Source: a virus
Taxonomy: Duplodnaviria; Caudoviricetes
DNA: 64,000 bases
IMG/VR virus record: IMGVR_UViG_3300021197_002039
Span: 1,518-65,517 of that record
Reading direction: 5' to 3' (one strand)
Shown here: positions 1 through 8,219 of the stretch, in pieces
Position numbering within the stretch: position 1 is the first letter of the stretch
Layout: the number at the start of each line of letters is the position of its first letter
Notes under the pieces: model-generated
Database searches by the model: none
Told to the model about the DNA's origin: nothing
What the model saw: the letters and a program-made list of their open reading frames with translations, nothing else
Position numbers and translations under genes: made by a program

Positions 1-173
1 CCCAGGTAATTGTGGCCTTCGTTGACCACTACCGGTTGTCCGTTGCCTATGTCACAGACCCAACCCATCGGACCTATCATCACAGCCTTGCCCTTGCAGG
101 TCTGTCCTTGCTCGTTCTCGTACCAGACCCTGTCACCCTTCTGTATCTCGTCAAATAATTCATCCGTCCACAT
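1..173 (-). CDS. Hypothetical protein, runs off the window edge
   Basis: ATG at 173 overlaps the stop of the upstream ORF; open frame MWTDELFDEIQKGDRVWYENEQG... continues to base 1. Confidence 0.65.
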   Translation of the reverse strand, partial: MWTDELFDEIQKGDRVWYENEQGQTCKGKAVMIGPMGWVCDIGNGQPVVVNEGHNYL

Positions 174-391
174 TATACACTCTCCCCTAATGGATTGTCT
201 TTTGGATAGTTGGATCCATCCCAATCATCCTCATCGTACTCTTCCTCGTTGATGAAAAACTCATTGGAGTGAGCCATGTCCGCCACGTCATCCTCTGACA
301 TATACTTCAGGCACGACATTATGACAGTATCCCGGTCCAGGATACCTTCCTCAACCATCTCTAATATCTTGTTGGTCGCTTGTCTCGTCAT
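173..391 (-). CDS. Small acidic hypothetical phage protein
   Basis: 72 aa ORF, stop/start-coupled on both sides. Confidence 0.75.
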   Translation of the reverse strand: MTRQATNKILEMVEEGILDRDTVIMSCLKYMSEDDVADMAHSNEFFINEEEYDEDDWDGSNYPKDNPLGESV

Positions 392-1056
392 TATGCCTCC
401 TCCCCTATGTTCATCGCTTGACCTTTAACATACTCATGGACATCTTCTTTTTCTGCTTCTTGTTCTGCTTCGTACTCCGCCATAGACTCCGTGATGTTGA
501 AAACATCATCCAGGGTAGAACCTACGCCATCCTGCCAAAAGTCATCTGTTGATTTGTAATCACTTGGAGCATAACAATCGTCAACACCATCATTCCACTC
601 GCCCATGAAATCACAGCCACCTTCATAATAAAATGCCCTCACGGAACAATCGGAATTATTCTCCAAGAACTTCTCATAAGCATTGATTGGTGGTGCCCAG
701 GCCGAACTGAATCCAAACGATATAGTGGATTCGCCCTCGCTCTGTTCTGAATGATATTGTCTGTCCACACCATAGAATTCACATACTTCCCATTTGGTAG
801 ACCAATTGTTCACTCTCCAATCGTACCAATTTTCTGCTCCGAACTCTAACTTCCTAGACTTCCTTGCATTTTTCTCCGCCTTAGTCTTTGCTATCGGACC
901 TGCTTCTGTGTCTAACATCACCTTAGGCATTGGATGGAAGAATTGTAATAATCCATTTTCTGCATTATTACTTTCTTCTTTTACAATCTTCTCTATCTTG
1001 TCTATCACGGAATTCGGACCCGTGATAGATAGTTGATTATCGCACCAATTAGGCAT
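391..1056 (-). CDS. DUF1281/YubB-like ferredoxin-fold protein
   Basis: MPNWCDN start, WYDWRVNNWSTKW and FSSAWAPP motifs typical of this phage/MGE family; SD AAGGAGG upstream. Confidence 0.7.
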   Translation of the reverse strand: MPNWCDNQLSITGPNSVIDKIEKIVKEESNNAENGLLQFFHPMPKVMLDTEAGPIAKTKAEKNARKSRKLEFGAENWYDWRVNNWSTKWEVCEFYGVDRQYHSEQSEGESTISFGFSSAWAPPINAYEKFLENNSDCSVRAFYYEGGCDFMGEWNDGVDDCYAPSDYKSTDDFWQDGVGSTLDDVFNITESMAEYEAEQEAEKEDVHEYVKGQAMNIGEEA

Positions 1057-1345
1057 CAACCGCCTCCTTGGATTTGATTAAAGTAAGATGAGATCCTGGA
1101 ACATTCCATCTCTGACCTCTGTCAGTTCTCACCAACACATATTTGATCTTAACTTTTTCAACAGTACCGGTTTCTGTGACACCGTGTCTGCCTTGGAACG
1201 ATACTCTATCATTGAATTTCAAATTATGAGCATCTGTGAAGTGTAATTGATTTCTTCTCAATTTCACCGCTTCTACAACTTTGTTCAATTCATCATTGTT
1301 CAATACATAGATGTCTTGAATCATTTTGTTCAACTTCATATACAT
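1049..1345 (-). CDS. Hypothetical protein with SH3-like C-terminal barrel
   Basis: 98 aa; DRVSF..GTVEKVKIKYVLVR..WNVP pattern; SD AAGGAG. Confidence 0.65.
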   Translation of the reverse strand: MYMKLNKMIQDIYVLNNDELNKVVEAVKLRRNQLHFTDAHNLKFNDRVSFQGRHGVTETGTVEKVKIKYVLVRTDRGQRWNVPGSHLTLIKSKEAVDA

Positions 1346-1378
1346 TTTTTCAACTCCTTTTTTGGTTAATGTATATTC

Positions 1379-1406
1379 AGTATATATTGGATTGGTAATG
1401 CGTCAA
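1379..1406 (-). promoter_or_regulatory. Sigma70-type early promoter, leftward
   Basis: TTGACG-N16-TATACT on the minus strand. Confidence 0.7.
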
Positions 1407-1447
1407 CCTCCTGTAGAAGTCGCATAGAATGGAGTGTTTTTAAGACA

Positions 1448-1495
1448 TGACTATATCTAGTAGTTGGTCTTGCCAAGTGGCACTAGATGATGTCG
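1448..1495. promoter_or_regulatory. Pair of NrdR-box-like operators between divergent promoters
   Basis: TGACTATATCTAGTAG (1448) and GCACTAGATGATGTCG (1480), 32 bp start to start; resemble the consensus acaCwAtATaTwGtgt. Confidence 0.5.
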
Positions 1496-1522
1496 GCATT
1501 ATATTATATATACATCACCAGG

Positions 1523-1550
1523 TTGACCCAATCCAGATCCATGCTATACT
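1523..1550 (+). promoter_or_regulatory. Sigma70-type early promoter, rightward
   Basis: TTGACC-N16-TATACT; like the leftward promoter it is flanked by AGG 5-prime and GAAT 3-prime. Confidence 0.7.
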
Positions 1551-1573
1551 GAATTATGAACAAAGGAGTTGAA

Positions 1574-1963
1574 ATGCAGAAAATAGATTATACAAATAAA
1601 CACGACATCATGGTAGGATATATTGACAGAAGTCAGAATATTTGTGCCGTTCAAACAGGATGGAAGACAACGCCAGAAGAGATGGCAAAAATTTTAGATA
1701 GGAAATATCCAACAAAAGAAGATTCAATCAAAGTTGTAGATTCGCCTGTTCTAATTCCTACATTTAGAAAAGAAGACTATTGGGGAGTTGAAGGATTTGG
1801 TGATGTAATTGAATCAAACCTTTCTTGGCACAAGGAAGTTATGAGAAAAAAAGTTGGTCATTTGTTCTGCCACATGACAGGAGTTTGGAAATATTCAGAC
1901 AATGGTATTGACTGGACGCCTATCAGAGAAGAATTCGCAGAAGAGTTCAAGGAGGTTGCTTAA
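1574..1963 (+). CDS. Hypothetical early protein
   Basis: Start moved to MQKIDY after SD AAGGAG. Confidence 0.7.
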   Translation: MQKIDYTNKHDIMVGYIDRSQNICAVQTGWKTTPEEMAKILDRKYPTKEDSIKVVDSPVLIPTFRKEDYWGVEGFGDVIESNLSWHKEVMRKKVGHLFCHMTGVWKYSDNGIDWTPIREEFAEEFKEVA

Positions 1964-2220
1964 TGTCAGTTGAATTACAGACAAAATCCATAGACGAGAT
2001 CTACGAGGACATGATAGACCAATACACCAAAGGTGAATACCTAGATGGCTGTACCTCTTATGGTGAGGATGCCCTGATGGGTCCGGACAAGTTCGCAGAC
2101 AGATTCCAACACATCTGTTTCGGATTCGGATACAGGGAGGCGGAGATCATACCAGCGAAGAACGAGATCAGAGAATGGTGCCAAGAACACTTGAGCCATT
2201 TGGAAAGCAAGTTTAGATAG
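1963..2220 (+). CDS. Hypothetical protein
   Basis: TAATG coupling, SD AGGAGG. Confidence 0.75.
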   Translation: MSVELQTKSIDEIYEDMIDQYTKGEYLDGCTSYGEDALMGPDKFADRFQHICFGFGYREAEIIPAKNEIREWCQEHLSHLESKFR

Positions 2221-2427
2221 ATGATCATAGAAACCGTATTCGGCCTGCTGTTATCATTCGCCAGTGCCGGTGAGACTGCCAATACCAGCACCAAGGTACT
2301 ATCCGCATTGAACACCACATCGAAGATCATAAAGAAGACCGAGAACAAGGAGATGGATGACAGCATCCATGAAGAATTACATCAAATGACAAAAGACTTT
2401 ATCTTTAAAATAGGAGATCTAAAATGA
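2221..2427 (+). CDS. Small hypothetical protein with N-terminal hydrophobic segment
   Basis: Abuts both neighbours; IETVFGLLLSFASA. Confidence 0.6.
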   Translation: MIIETVFGLLLSFASAGETANTSTKVLSALNTTSKIIKKTENKEMDDSIHEELHQMTKDFIFKIGDLK

Positions 2428-2660
2428 CTATACACGAAACACATAAACACCATTTCCAGGTTGCAGACATAGGTGACTGGGATTTGGACCAAGACAGAAG
2501 CATCGTACCAAGTATTCATTCTAGCCTAAAGCGACAGGGCATAGAGGGAGTGGTAGATGGAGACGAGATGAACAATGCCTCATTCACCATTTGGACTTAT
2601 AGTCCTAGAGATGTTGTAGCAGAAGCCTTAAAGGCCGATGGTATCGAACTAGAAGATTAA
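2424..2660 (+). CDS. Hypothetical protein
   Basis: ATGA overlap, SD AGGAG. Confidence 0.7.
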   Translation: MTIHETHKHHFQVADIGDWDLDQDRSIVPSIHSSLKRQGIEGVVDGDEMNNASFTIWTYSPRDVVAEALKADGIELED

Positions 2661-3182
2661 TTACTTTTTAGGCCTTACAATTTTAGATTTGACTGGTGCT
2701 CTGGCACCTGTTCTTTTGGCCACCGATTTGCCCTTGTTGGACCTCTTCTTGATCTGGGCACCTTTCAATCTCAGAGAACCTGCTCCTGATCTCTTGGTCT
2801 GTGCCATTTTCTTGCCTGCTATCTTGGCCTTGGCCTGTCTCTTCGCCCTTATCTTCGCACCCTTGACAGGGTCTCTTCTAGCGAAACAGGTGCTGGGTTT
2901 GGCCACGATACGACCTTTCCTTGGACCTGATGAGCATCTGAAACCTTGCTTGACTGAACCTTTCTTGGCACGCCTCAGGATCTGGCTGACGCCCTCCGCA
3001 ATGGCCGAATGGTCTGGATGTTCCTCGATGGTGTCAACCTCCAGTGCCGAGGTATTTTCTGACACTATATCTTGTGGCACTACATCTTGTGTTTGGTCTA
3101 CCTTAATGGCACTAGATGTTGTGACACTAGATGTTGTGTCTTGTGATTTGGTTGGCACTAAGGTGATTTCCGTGATCTTCAT
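2661..3182 (-). CDS. Basic Lys/Arg-rich late protein, probable internal head or DNA-binding protein
   Basis: MKITEI N-terminus, acidic S/T linker, FRCSSGPRKGRIVAKPSTC core, K/R-rich tail; TATAAATA 5 nt upstream of ATG. Confidence 0.65.
   Translation of the reverse strand: MKITEITLVPTKSQDTTSSVTTSSAIKVDQTQDVVPQDIVSENTSALEVDTIEEHPDHSAIAEGVSQILRRAKKGSVKQGFRCSSGPRKGRIVAKPSTCFARRDPVKGAKIRAKRQAKAKIAGKKMAQTKRSGAGSLRLKGAQIKKRSNKGKSVAKRTGARAPVKSKIVRPKK
3062..3139. promoter_or_regulatory. Cluster of four NrdR-box-like 16-mers inside a CDS
   Basis: ACACTATATCTTGTGG (3062), GCACTACATCTTGTGT (3077), GCACTAGATGTTGTGA (3109), ACACTAGATGTTGTGT (3124). Confidence 0.6.
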
Positions 3183-3224
3183 ACAGGTATTTATAGACCT
3201 TACACCTAACTATACTAAACCTTA

Positions 3225-3272
3225 CTGATGCTTAAACTGATGCTTAAACTGATGCTTAAACTGATGCTTAAA
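3225..3272 (+). repeat. Tandem repeat, 4 x 12 bp CTGATGCTTAAA
   Basis: Four perfect head-to-tail copies in an intergenic gap between divergent genes. Confidence 0.95.
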
Positions 3273-3358
3273 CCTAAGAACTGATAACATTTTGTTACGG
3301 GTGCTACATTCTGCACAAGATCAACTTGACATGGACGTATGTGTTAAATACACATGCA

Positions 3359-3595
3359 ATGAAGATATTCGAGATATACAACACAGACGAGAACATAGGA
3401 CCAGCGCCAACCAGTGCCTGTAGCAGGCCAGCAAAGGATCTACCTGCGTCATGGATATCGTCATGCAAGTCACAGGGCAAACGAAAACGTACCGGTAACA
3501 GAAGTGAGAAGATCGGTGGCAAGACAATGAAGGTCAGTGGCAAACGTATCAAAGGCCGTAAGTACGGTGGACCTCTGCCAGACTACTCAAAATAA
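3359..3595 (+). CDS. Small basic late protein
   Basis: MKIFEI start after TAAATA; K/R/G-rich; ends GGPLPDYSK. Confidence 0.7.
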   Translation: MKIFEIYNTDENIGPAPTSACSRPAKDLPASWISSCKSQGKRKRTGNRSEKIGGKTMKVSGKRIKGRKYGGPLPDYSK

Positions 3596-3612
3596 TCTAA
3601 AAAATCAAAGAC

Positions 3613-4584
3613 CTAATAGCGAGCCAATAGCGAGCCTTCTCGGTATAGGTCCTGCGTGACGCAGTGTACACCACCATCCCAGAACCATCTGTGCCTGAAA
3701 GGGGTGATCACGGGTGTTATGTTGTGCTTCTCAAGGAAGTCGAACACCTGTTTGTTATAGTTGTTGACTAGTATGGTGTTGGTGTCTATGGATAGCATGT
3801 TGACTTCAAACACTGTCTCCTCCACGTAGCCCACCCAATCTTTGAAGTAGGTTTCCACGTACTCTGAGAAGTCGTCGCTGTCCTCCTCACCTGGAACCCA
3901 CCACTTGCCTCCGTTCTTCTGTTTGACCTTACGGAACGGAGACATCTGATCCCAGTACTTGTCTTCCAGATAGCATATATCCCATCCAGGGAACTTCTCC
4001 TCGTAGTTCTGTATATCAAACAGTGTTACTATGCAACCAGGCTTGGGCACACACCAGGTGCAGTCTCCGTGTCCCTCGTGTTTCATCACATCAACGTTGA
4101 AGCCTTCATTGGTCCATTGTTGCTGATATTCTTTTACCAACGCACTGTCTCTCCAAGTGGGTTTGTTGGTGCCCCAGTGAAGTTCGTTGCCTAACCTGTG
4201 TATGAAACTGGTGCTGATCAACTTCTGCTGTTCACAGTCCTTAACGATTACTTTGTTTTCCACCCTGTCCAACAATGATTTGTATTCGGGTCTGTTGTTG
4301 TTGACGTACAGTGTTTCCCCTATCACTGCCATGTCATCCCTGGGTTGGTTCGCAGGCCTATGAATGGTGTCCGTTTCTACTATGTCAGGACGCAGTGTTT
4401 CCACACCGGACTTGTTCAACACATCACATAGGTTCTGGTAGTCCTCCTCTGTCTCATCCAATATCTTGAACAATATATCTTTTACTTTTTGATTCTTTAT
4501 TTCCCTGAACTGCTCTTTGTTGTAGGTCCTGCCAACCAAACAGGTCTTGAGTTTGTCGAATGTGGAATACCCTTTTACCTTCAT
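3613..4584 (-). CDS. Amidinotransferase (pentein; glycine/inosamine amidinotransferase-like)
   Basis: QPRD, GHGD and C-terminal DGGVHCVTQDL catalytic Cys motif. Confidence 0.8.
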   Translation of the reverse strand: MKVKGYSTFDKLKTCLVGRTYNKEQFREIKNQKVKDILFKILDETEEDYQNLCDVLNKSGVETLRPDIVETDTIHRPANQPRDDMAVIGETLYVNNNRPEYKSLLDRVENKVIVKDCEQQKLISTSFIHRLGNELHWGTNKPTWRDSALVKEYQQQWTNEGFNVDVMKHEGHGDCTWCVPKPGCIVTLFDIQNYEEKFPGWDICYLEDKYWDQMSPFRKVKQKNGGKWWVPGEEDSDDFSEYVETYFKDWVGYVEETVFEVNMLSIDTNTILVNNYNKQVFDFLEKHNITPVITPFRHRWFWDGGVHCVTQDLYREGSLLARY

Positions 4585-5165
4585 AGTATCTGTATGTCTC
4601 TCACATCTGGGTATGGCTTGTATCGGTGTTCGAAGTCTCCGGCAGATATGTAGTTGTCAAGTAAAAGTGTTGCACTCTCACACTCCTCGTATCTCATCAT
4701 GTAATGGAATCCTTGCTTGAATACTTTCTGGTCTATCCATCTATCATAGGACGGGTCTCTTCCATCATAGCTCATCATCTTAAGTTGCCTGTAGTGTTCT
4801 TCGTTGTCCAATAGTATCGCCCCACCTCTGACATTGTCTAAGGGTTTGCTGTGACCAAAACTTAGACACTGGTATTGCTTCGGTCTGTACATGTTGGGCT
4901 TCAAACATCTGGCACTGTCCCAGACAGGTGTGCCCAAGAACTGGTACTCGTCCTTCCATGGTGTGATTGAAAGTTCATACTCAACTCCTAGCAGTTCCAT
5001 GGTCATTGGGATACTGATGTAGGTGAAAGACGAGAAACGGCACGTCTTGATCTCCAATAGCCTGAAACATAATTCAATTGCGTGGGTGCAACAGTCAGTG
5101 GTCACCACGTAAGGTGCACCTGTAAAGTCTGCTAAATTATTTTCAAATGTTTCTACCGATCCCAT
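4581..5165 (-). CDS. Short DegT/DnrJ/StrS PLP-dependent sugar aminotransferase-like protein
   Basis: FENNLADFTGAPYVVTTDCCTHAIEL, DSAR, LSFGHSKPL (PLP Lys), GGAIL; only about 194 aa. Confidence 0.75.
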   Translation of the reverse strand: MGSVETFENNLADFTGAPYVVTTDCCTHAIELCFRLLEIKTCRFSSFTYISIPMTMELLGVEYELSITPWKDEYQFLGTPVWDSARCLKPNMYRPKQYQCLSFGHSKPLDNVRGGAILLDNEEHYRQLKMMSYDGRDPSYDRWIDQKVFKQGFHYMMRYEECESATLLLDNYISAGDFEHRYKPYPDVRDIQIL

Positions 5166-5190
5166 ACTTTGATAATTATCTACATATATT

Positions 5191-5748
5191 ATGAAGTACA
5201 CCTACTCTGACTGGAATAACAAGCAAGGTACAATACCTGTAAATTGGCAACCTAAACACTACGAAGACCTTCCATGGTACGAGAATCCAGACAAGGATCA
5301 AGGGTTTTCAACTTCAAAGGAAAACTATCAAATTTACAAAGAACGAGTAGGTTGTTTAATACCAAAGTTTGAACACGTAGGTAAAGGTATCTTCATACCA
5401 GAAGATGTAGACAAAATATTTGGATATGTGCTTGATTACTTTGATCTCCAGTCTCCGGTTTATGCTTTCGCAAAGTATAAGCCTGGACTTCTACTGCCAT
5501 GGCATAAGGATAACTATCCCACCTATGCCAAAAATAAAAAAGCCGAAGTTCAAAACATAGCAAGAGTAATGATATTCTTGCATGATCCTGCACCCGGACA
5601 CCAACTATGGATTGAGGATAAGTTTTGTTCTGGTCCAGCAGGTTCTTGGTTCAGTTGGCATGGTGCGACTAAGCACATGGCCGCGAACCTAGGCGAAACA
5701 GATAGATATGTGATACAGATTACTGGGATAGTGCCGCAAACATCTTAG
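5191..5748 (+). CDS. 2OG-Fe(II) oxygenase-like protein (Asp/Asn beta-hydroxylase-type cupin)
   Basis: PWHKD ... HMAAN ... RYVIQITG facial-triad pattern. Confidence 0.65.
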   Translation: MKYTYSDWNNKQGTIPVNWQPKHYEDLPWYENPDKDQGFSTSKENYQIYKERVGCLIPKFEHVGKGIFIPEDVDKIFGYVLDYFDLQSPVYAFAKYKPGLLLPWHKDNYPTYAKNKKAEVQNIARVMIFLHDPAPGHQLWIEDKFCSGPAGSWFSWHGATKHMAANLGETDRYVIQITGIVPQTS

Positions 5749-6337
5749 AACACCATTCTCTGTTTTGCTCTGTTGTCATGTGATTACTCAAAGATATGTC
5801 AAACTTGAATCCGGCCTTGGGTATTTTTCCGCCCCATGCGAACTCGAGCATACTTTCGTCTAAGAATTTTCCGCTTGTCAATTTGATGACACTCCTTCTT
5901 CCTACCAACTCAAAAGGTTTCATGCTCCATGTTTGCAGTATTTGTTTTTTGTTATCAGCGAGGACATGTCTGTCAAACCATTGCAAGGCGTAACTGTAGG
6001 CAAGTTCTTCTTTTCTATAATTTTGTAGGTAAACATAATACATGTCAGCGGCCTTATACACTTGTTCGTCTTCTCCAGGTATTGGCACTGCTCCCTTGGC
6101 GATTGGCAATCTCGGATGATATAACCTGTATGGTTCAGTCCAACAAAAAACAGAGATGTCCGGTAGCGTGTTCTTTTCTTTTAATCTTTCATATTGCATG
6201 AAAGTTTTCCAGATGCTGGCTCCCCCACTCCCCCAGTGCACCACTTCGGCATTCAACTTGTCTGCAAGAAGTACACACCAACTGTCTTTTGCTCGACTTT
6301 CGCAAAAACTATCGCCGAAGTAACCAATTTTAATCAT
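5720..6337 (-). CDS. SGNH/GDSL hydrolase-like protein
   Basis: YFGDSF block I, GSGGAS block II, C-terminal NHM. Confidence 0.65.
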   Translation of the reverse strand: MIKIGYFGDSFCESRAKDSWCVLLADKLNAEVVHWGSGGASIWKTFMQYERLKEKNTLPDISVFCWTEPYRLYHPRLPIAKGAVPIPGEDEQVYKAADMYYVYLQNYRKEELAYSYALQWFDRHVLADNKKQILQTWSMKPFELVGRRSVIKLTSGKFLDESMLEFAWGGKIPKAGFKFDISLSNHMTTEQNREWCSKMFAALSQ

Positions 6338-7265
6338 AATTATCCCATTGAATTGCCCGCTTCCAGTTGTTTGTCTCAAAGTGTTGTTTGTTGTGTTCAA
6401 GCACATCTATTAATTGTTCATGGACATCAACCGGATCTAACATAGATAATTTATACATGGAATCTAACGCGGCGCTCCATCTTTGTTCTTTGTCTTCTAT
6501 ATTGTCGTAATTTTCGTCAATTACCTTGTCAAACGTCCTGAAACCAAGCGAACGGAATGCTTCTAGGTGTCGCATTGCCCCAAACATAACAAAAGGCCTC
6601 TTTGCTATGATAGGCTTGGCTTCTTTCTCACTGAACATGGCAAAGTCATTGTGTATCGTTGTTTCTATCATTGCAGTATATTGGGTTTGGTTATAGATAT
6701 CGGGATCAATTATGTCACTGAATCTTATTTGTGTCTTGCGTTTGTCTCCAATTGTCTCCGCCGTGTGTACACTAGGTCTCATCACTGTCCAATGTCCTTT
6801 TCCAGTGTCCCTTCCAAAGTATGTCAAGAAAGTTTTAGATTTGACCTTATGTTCACTAATCATACTGTACAAAAGATCCTTGTTGTCACTTGTCTCTCCT
6901 AAAAGTAAGTCCCAGACCTTGTTGTTTGTCTTTTTGTTACAATTAAGAAGTTGTGAAAGTATTTGTTTACACTTTTCGTTTTTTTGATACAACAACGGAC
7001 CTGTCATGAACATGTCATTTGTATAGTTGAAAGATGTCTCACATTCTTTCAGAGGGACAAGGTTAGATTCGAAAGTAATAGGTTTTCCTTTGAATTCATT
7101 CATAAAGTCTACAACGGTCTTCCAATAACCATGCTCTTGATACATGATGCCAGGTTGTAGCAACTTCACTACCACGGAATCATTTGATTGAAGAGCCTCG
7201 ATAATTTTCTGTCTTAGCAGGATCACTTCATCAGTATTACCTGCGTCTGAGTGGATGATTTTCAT
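6330..7265 (-). CDS. Putative glycosyltransferase-like phage protein
   Basis: IET..FSEKEAKPIIAKRPFVMFG..LRSLGFRTF motif; paralog of 18489..19526. Confidence 0.5.
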   Translation of the reverse strand: MKIIHSDAGNTDEVILLRQKIIEALQSNDSVVVKLLQPGIMYQEHGYWKTVVDFMNEFKGKPITFESNLVPLKECETSFNYTNDMFMTGPLLYQKNEKCKQILSQLLNCNKKTNNKVWDLLLGETSDNKDLLYSMISEHKVKSKTFLTYFGRDTGKGHWTVMRPSVHTAETIGDKRKTQIRFSDIIDPDIYNQTQYTAMIETTIHNDFAMFSEKEAKPIIAKRPFVMFGAMRHLEAFRSLGFRTFDKVIDENYDNIEDKEQRWSAALDSMYKLSMLDPVDVHEQLIDVLEHNKQHFETNNWKRAIQWDNYD

Positions 7266-7304
7266 AAACCTATTTAATGATAATATGCGCCTTTAAATAC
7301 AAAC

Positions 7305-8219
7305 ATGAAAGTATCTATTAGGAATGAATATGGTAATTTGAAATCGGTCATCGTTGGCAGTGTCACAAACATGGCTTGGCCATCAGACGACGACAAATTC
7401 AACAAAGGAATACAGAAATCAACCTATCCTACAACCCTTTTGCGAGGTAAACTTCCTGGCGTTGTGAGTCAAGAAGCCGCTGAAGATCTTGAAAAACTTG
7501 TGAACATACTTGAAAATAGAAAAATAAAAGTTTACAGGCCATTAACTAATAAACCACATTGGGCCTACTCTGCCAGAGATATATTGCTGACGATAGGCAA
7601 CAAAGTGATACAATGCCCAACACCATTCTCAAGCCGTGCAGACGAAATAGAGATGTATCCTTTTCTATACAAAGCAGATGCTGAAATTATCAAGGCACCG
7701 AGTCCAATAAAAGATTCAGATCCATACTTTGATGCCGCCAATGTTCTCAAGTTAGGAGACAAACTGCTCTACTCACTCTCACACTCGGCCAATGACGCAG
7801 GTGCAGACTGGTTACAGCAACAGGTGGGCAACGAACACGAAGTTATAAAATGGAGTGTCGTGGACCACGATATCACACACATCGATTCTACACTGTTGAC
7901 TCTTAACGAGAACACTGTTATAGTTAATGCAACAAGAGTAAAAGAACAAGATTTGCCACAGTTTATGCGAGATTATAAAAAAATATGGATTGAAGATGTG
8001 GTGCCACGAGACTTCCATCAGTTTCCTTATGCATCTAAATGGATAGGAATGAATATCCTTTCTATTGATCCTGAAACTGTGTTGGTGGATGAAATACAAA
8101 CAGGACTGAAAGAAAAACTTGAGGCCAACAATTTTAAAGTGATTACAACATCAATGAGACAATCAAGGACACTGGGTGGAGGATTCCATTGTGTCACTTG
8201 TGATTTGGAGAGAGAATAA
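7305..8219 (+). CDS. Glycine/inosamine-phosphate amidinotransferase-like protein
   Basis: SARD, FDAANV, THIDST, WIGMNILS, GGGFHCVTCDL (Asp-His-Cys triad). Confidence 0.88.
   Translation: MKVSIRNEYGNLKSVIVGSVTNMAWPSDDDKFNKGIQKSTYPTTLLRGKLPGVVSQEAAEDLEKLVNILENRKIKVYRPLTNKPHWAYSARDILLTIGNKVIQCPTPFSSRADEIEMYPFLYKADAEIIKAPSPIKDSDPYFDAANVLKLGDKLLYSLSHSANDAGADWLQQQVGNEHEVIKWSVVDHDITHIDSTLLTLNENTVIVNATRVKEQDLPQFMRDYKKIWIEDVVPRDFHQFPYASKWIGMNILSIDPETVLVDEIQTGLKEKLEANNFKVITTSMRQSRTLGGGFHCVTCDLERE

Noticed and set aside
3225-3272. Possible CRISPR array
   Set aside because: 12-bp units are directly adjacent with no spacers, and there are no cas genes in the window
3615-3636. 11-bp direct duplication AATAGCGAGCC x2 as a target-site duplication
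   Set aside because: The copies are adjacent with no element between them; more likely slippage at the 3-prime end of the amidinotransferase gene
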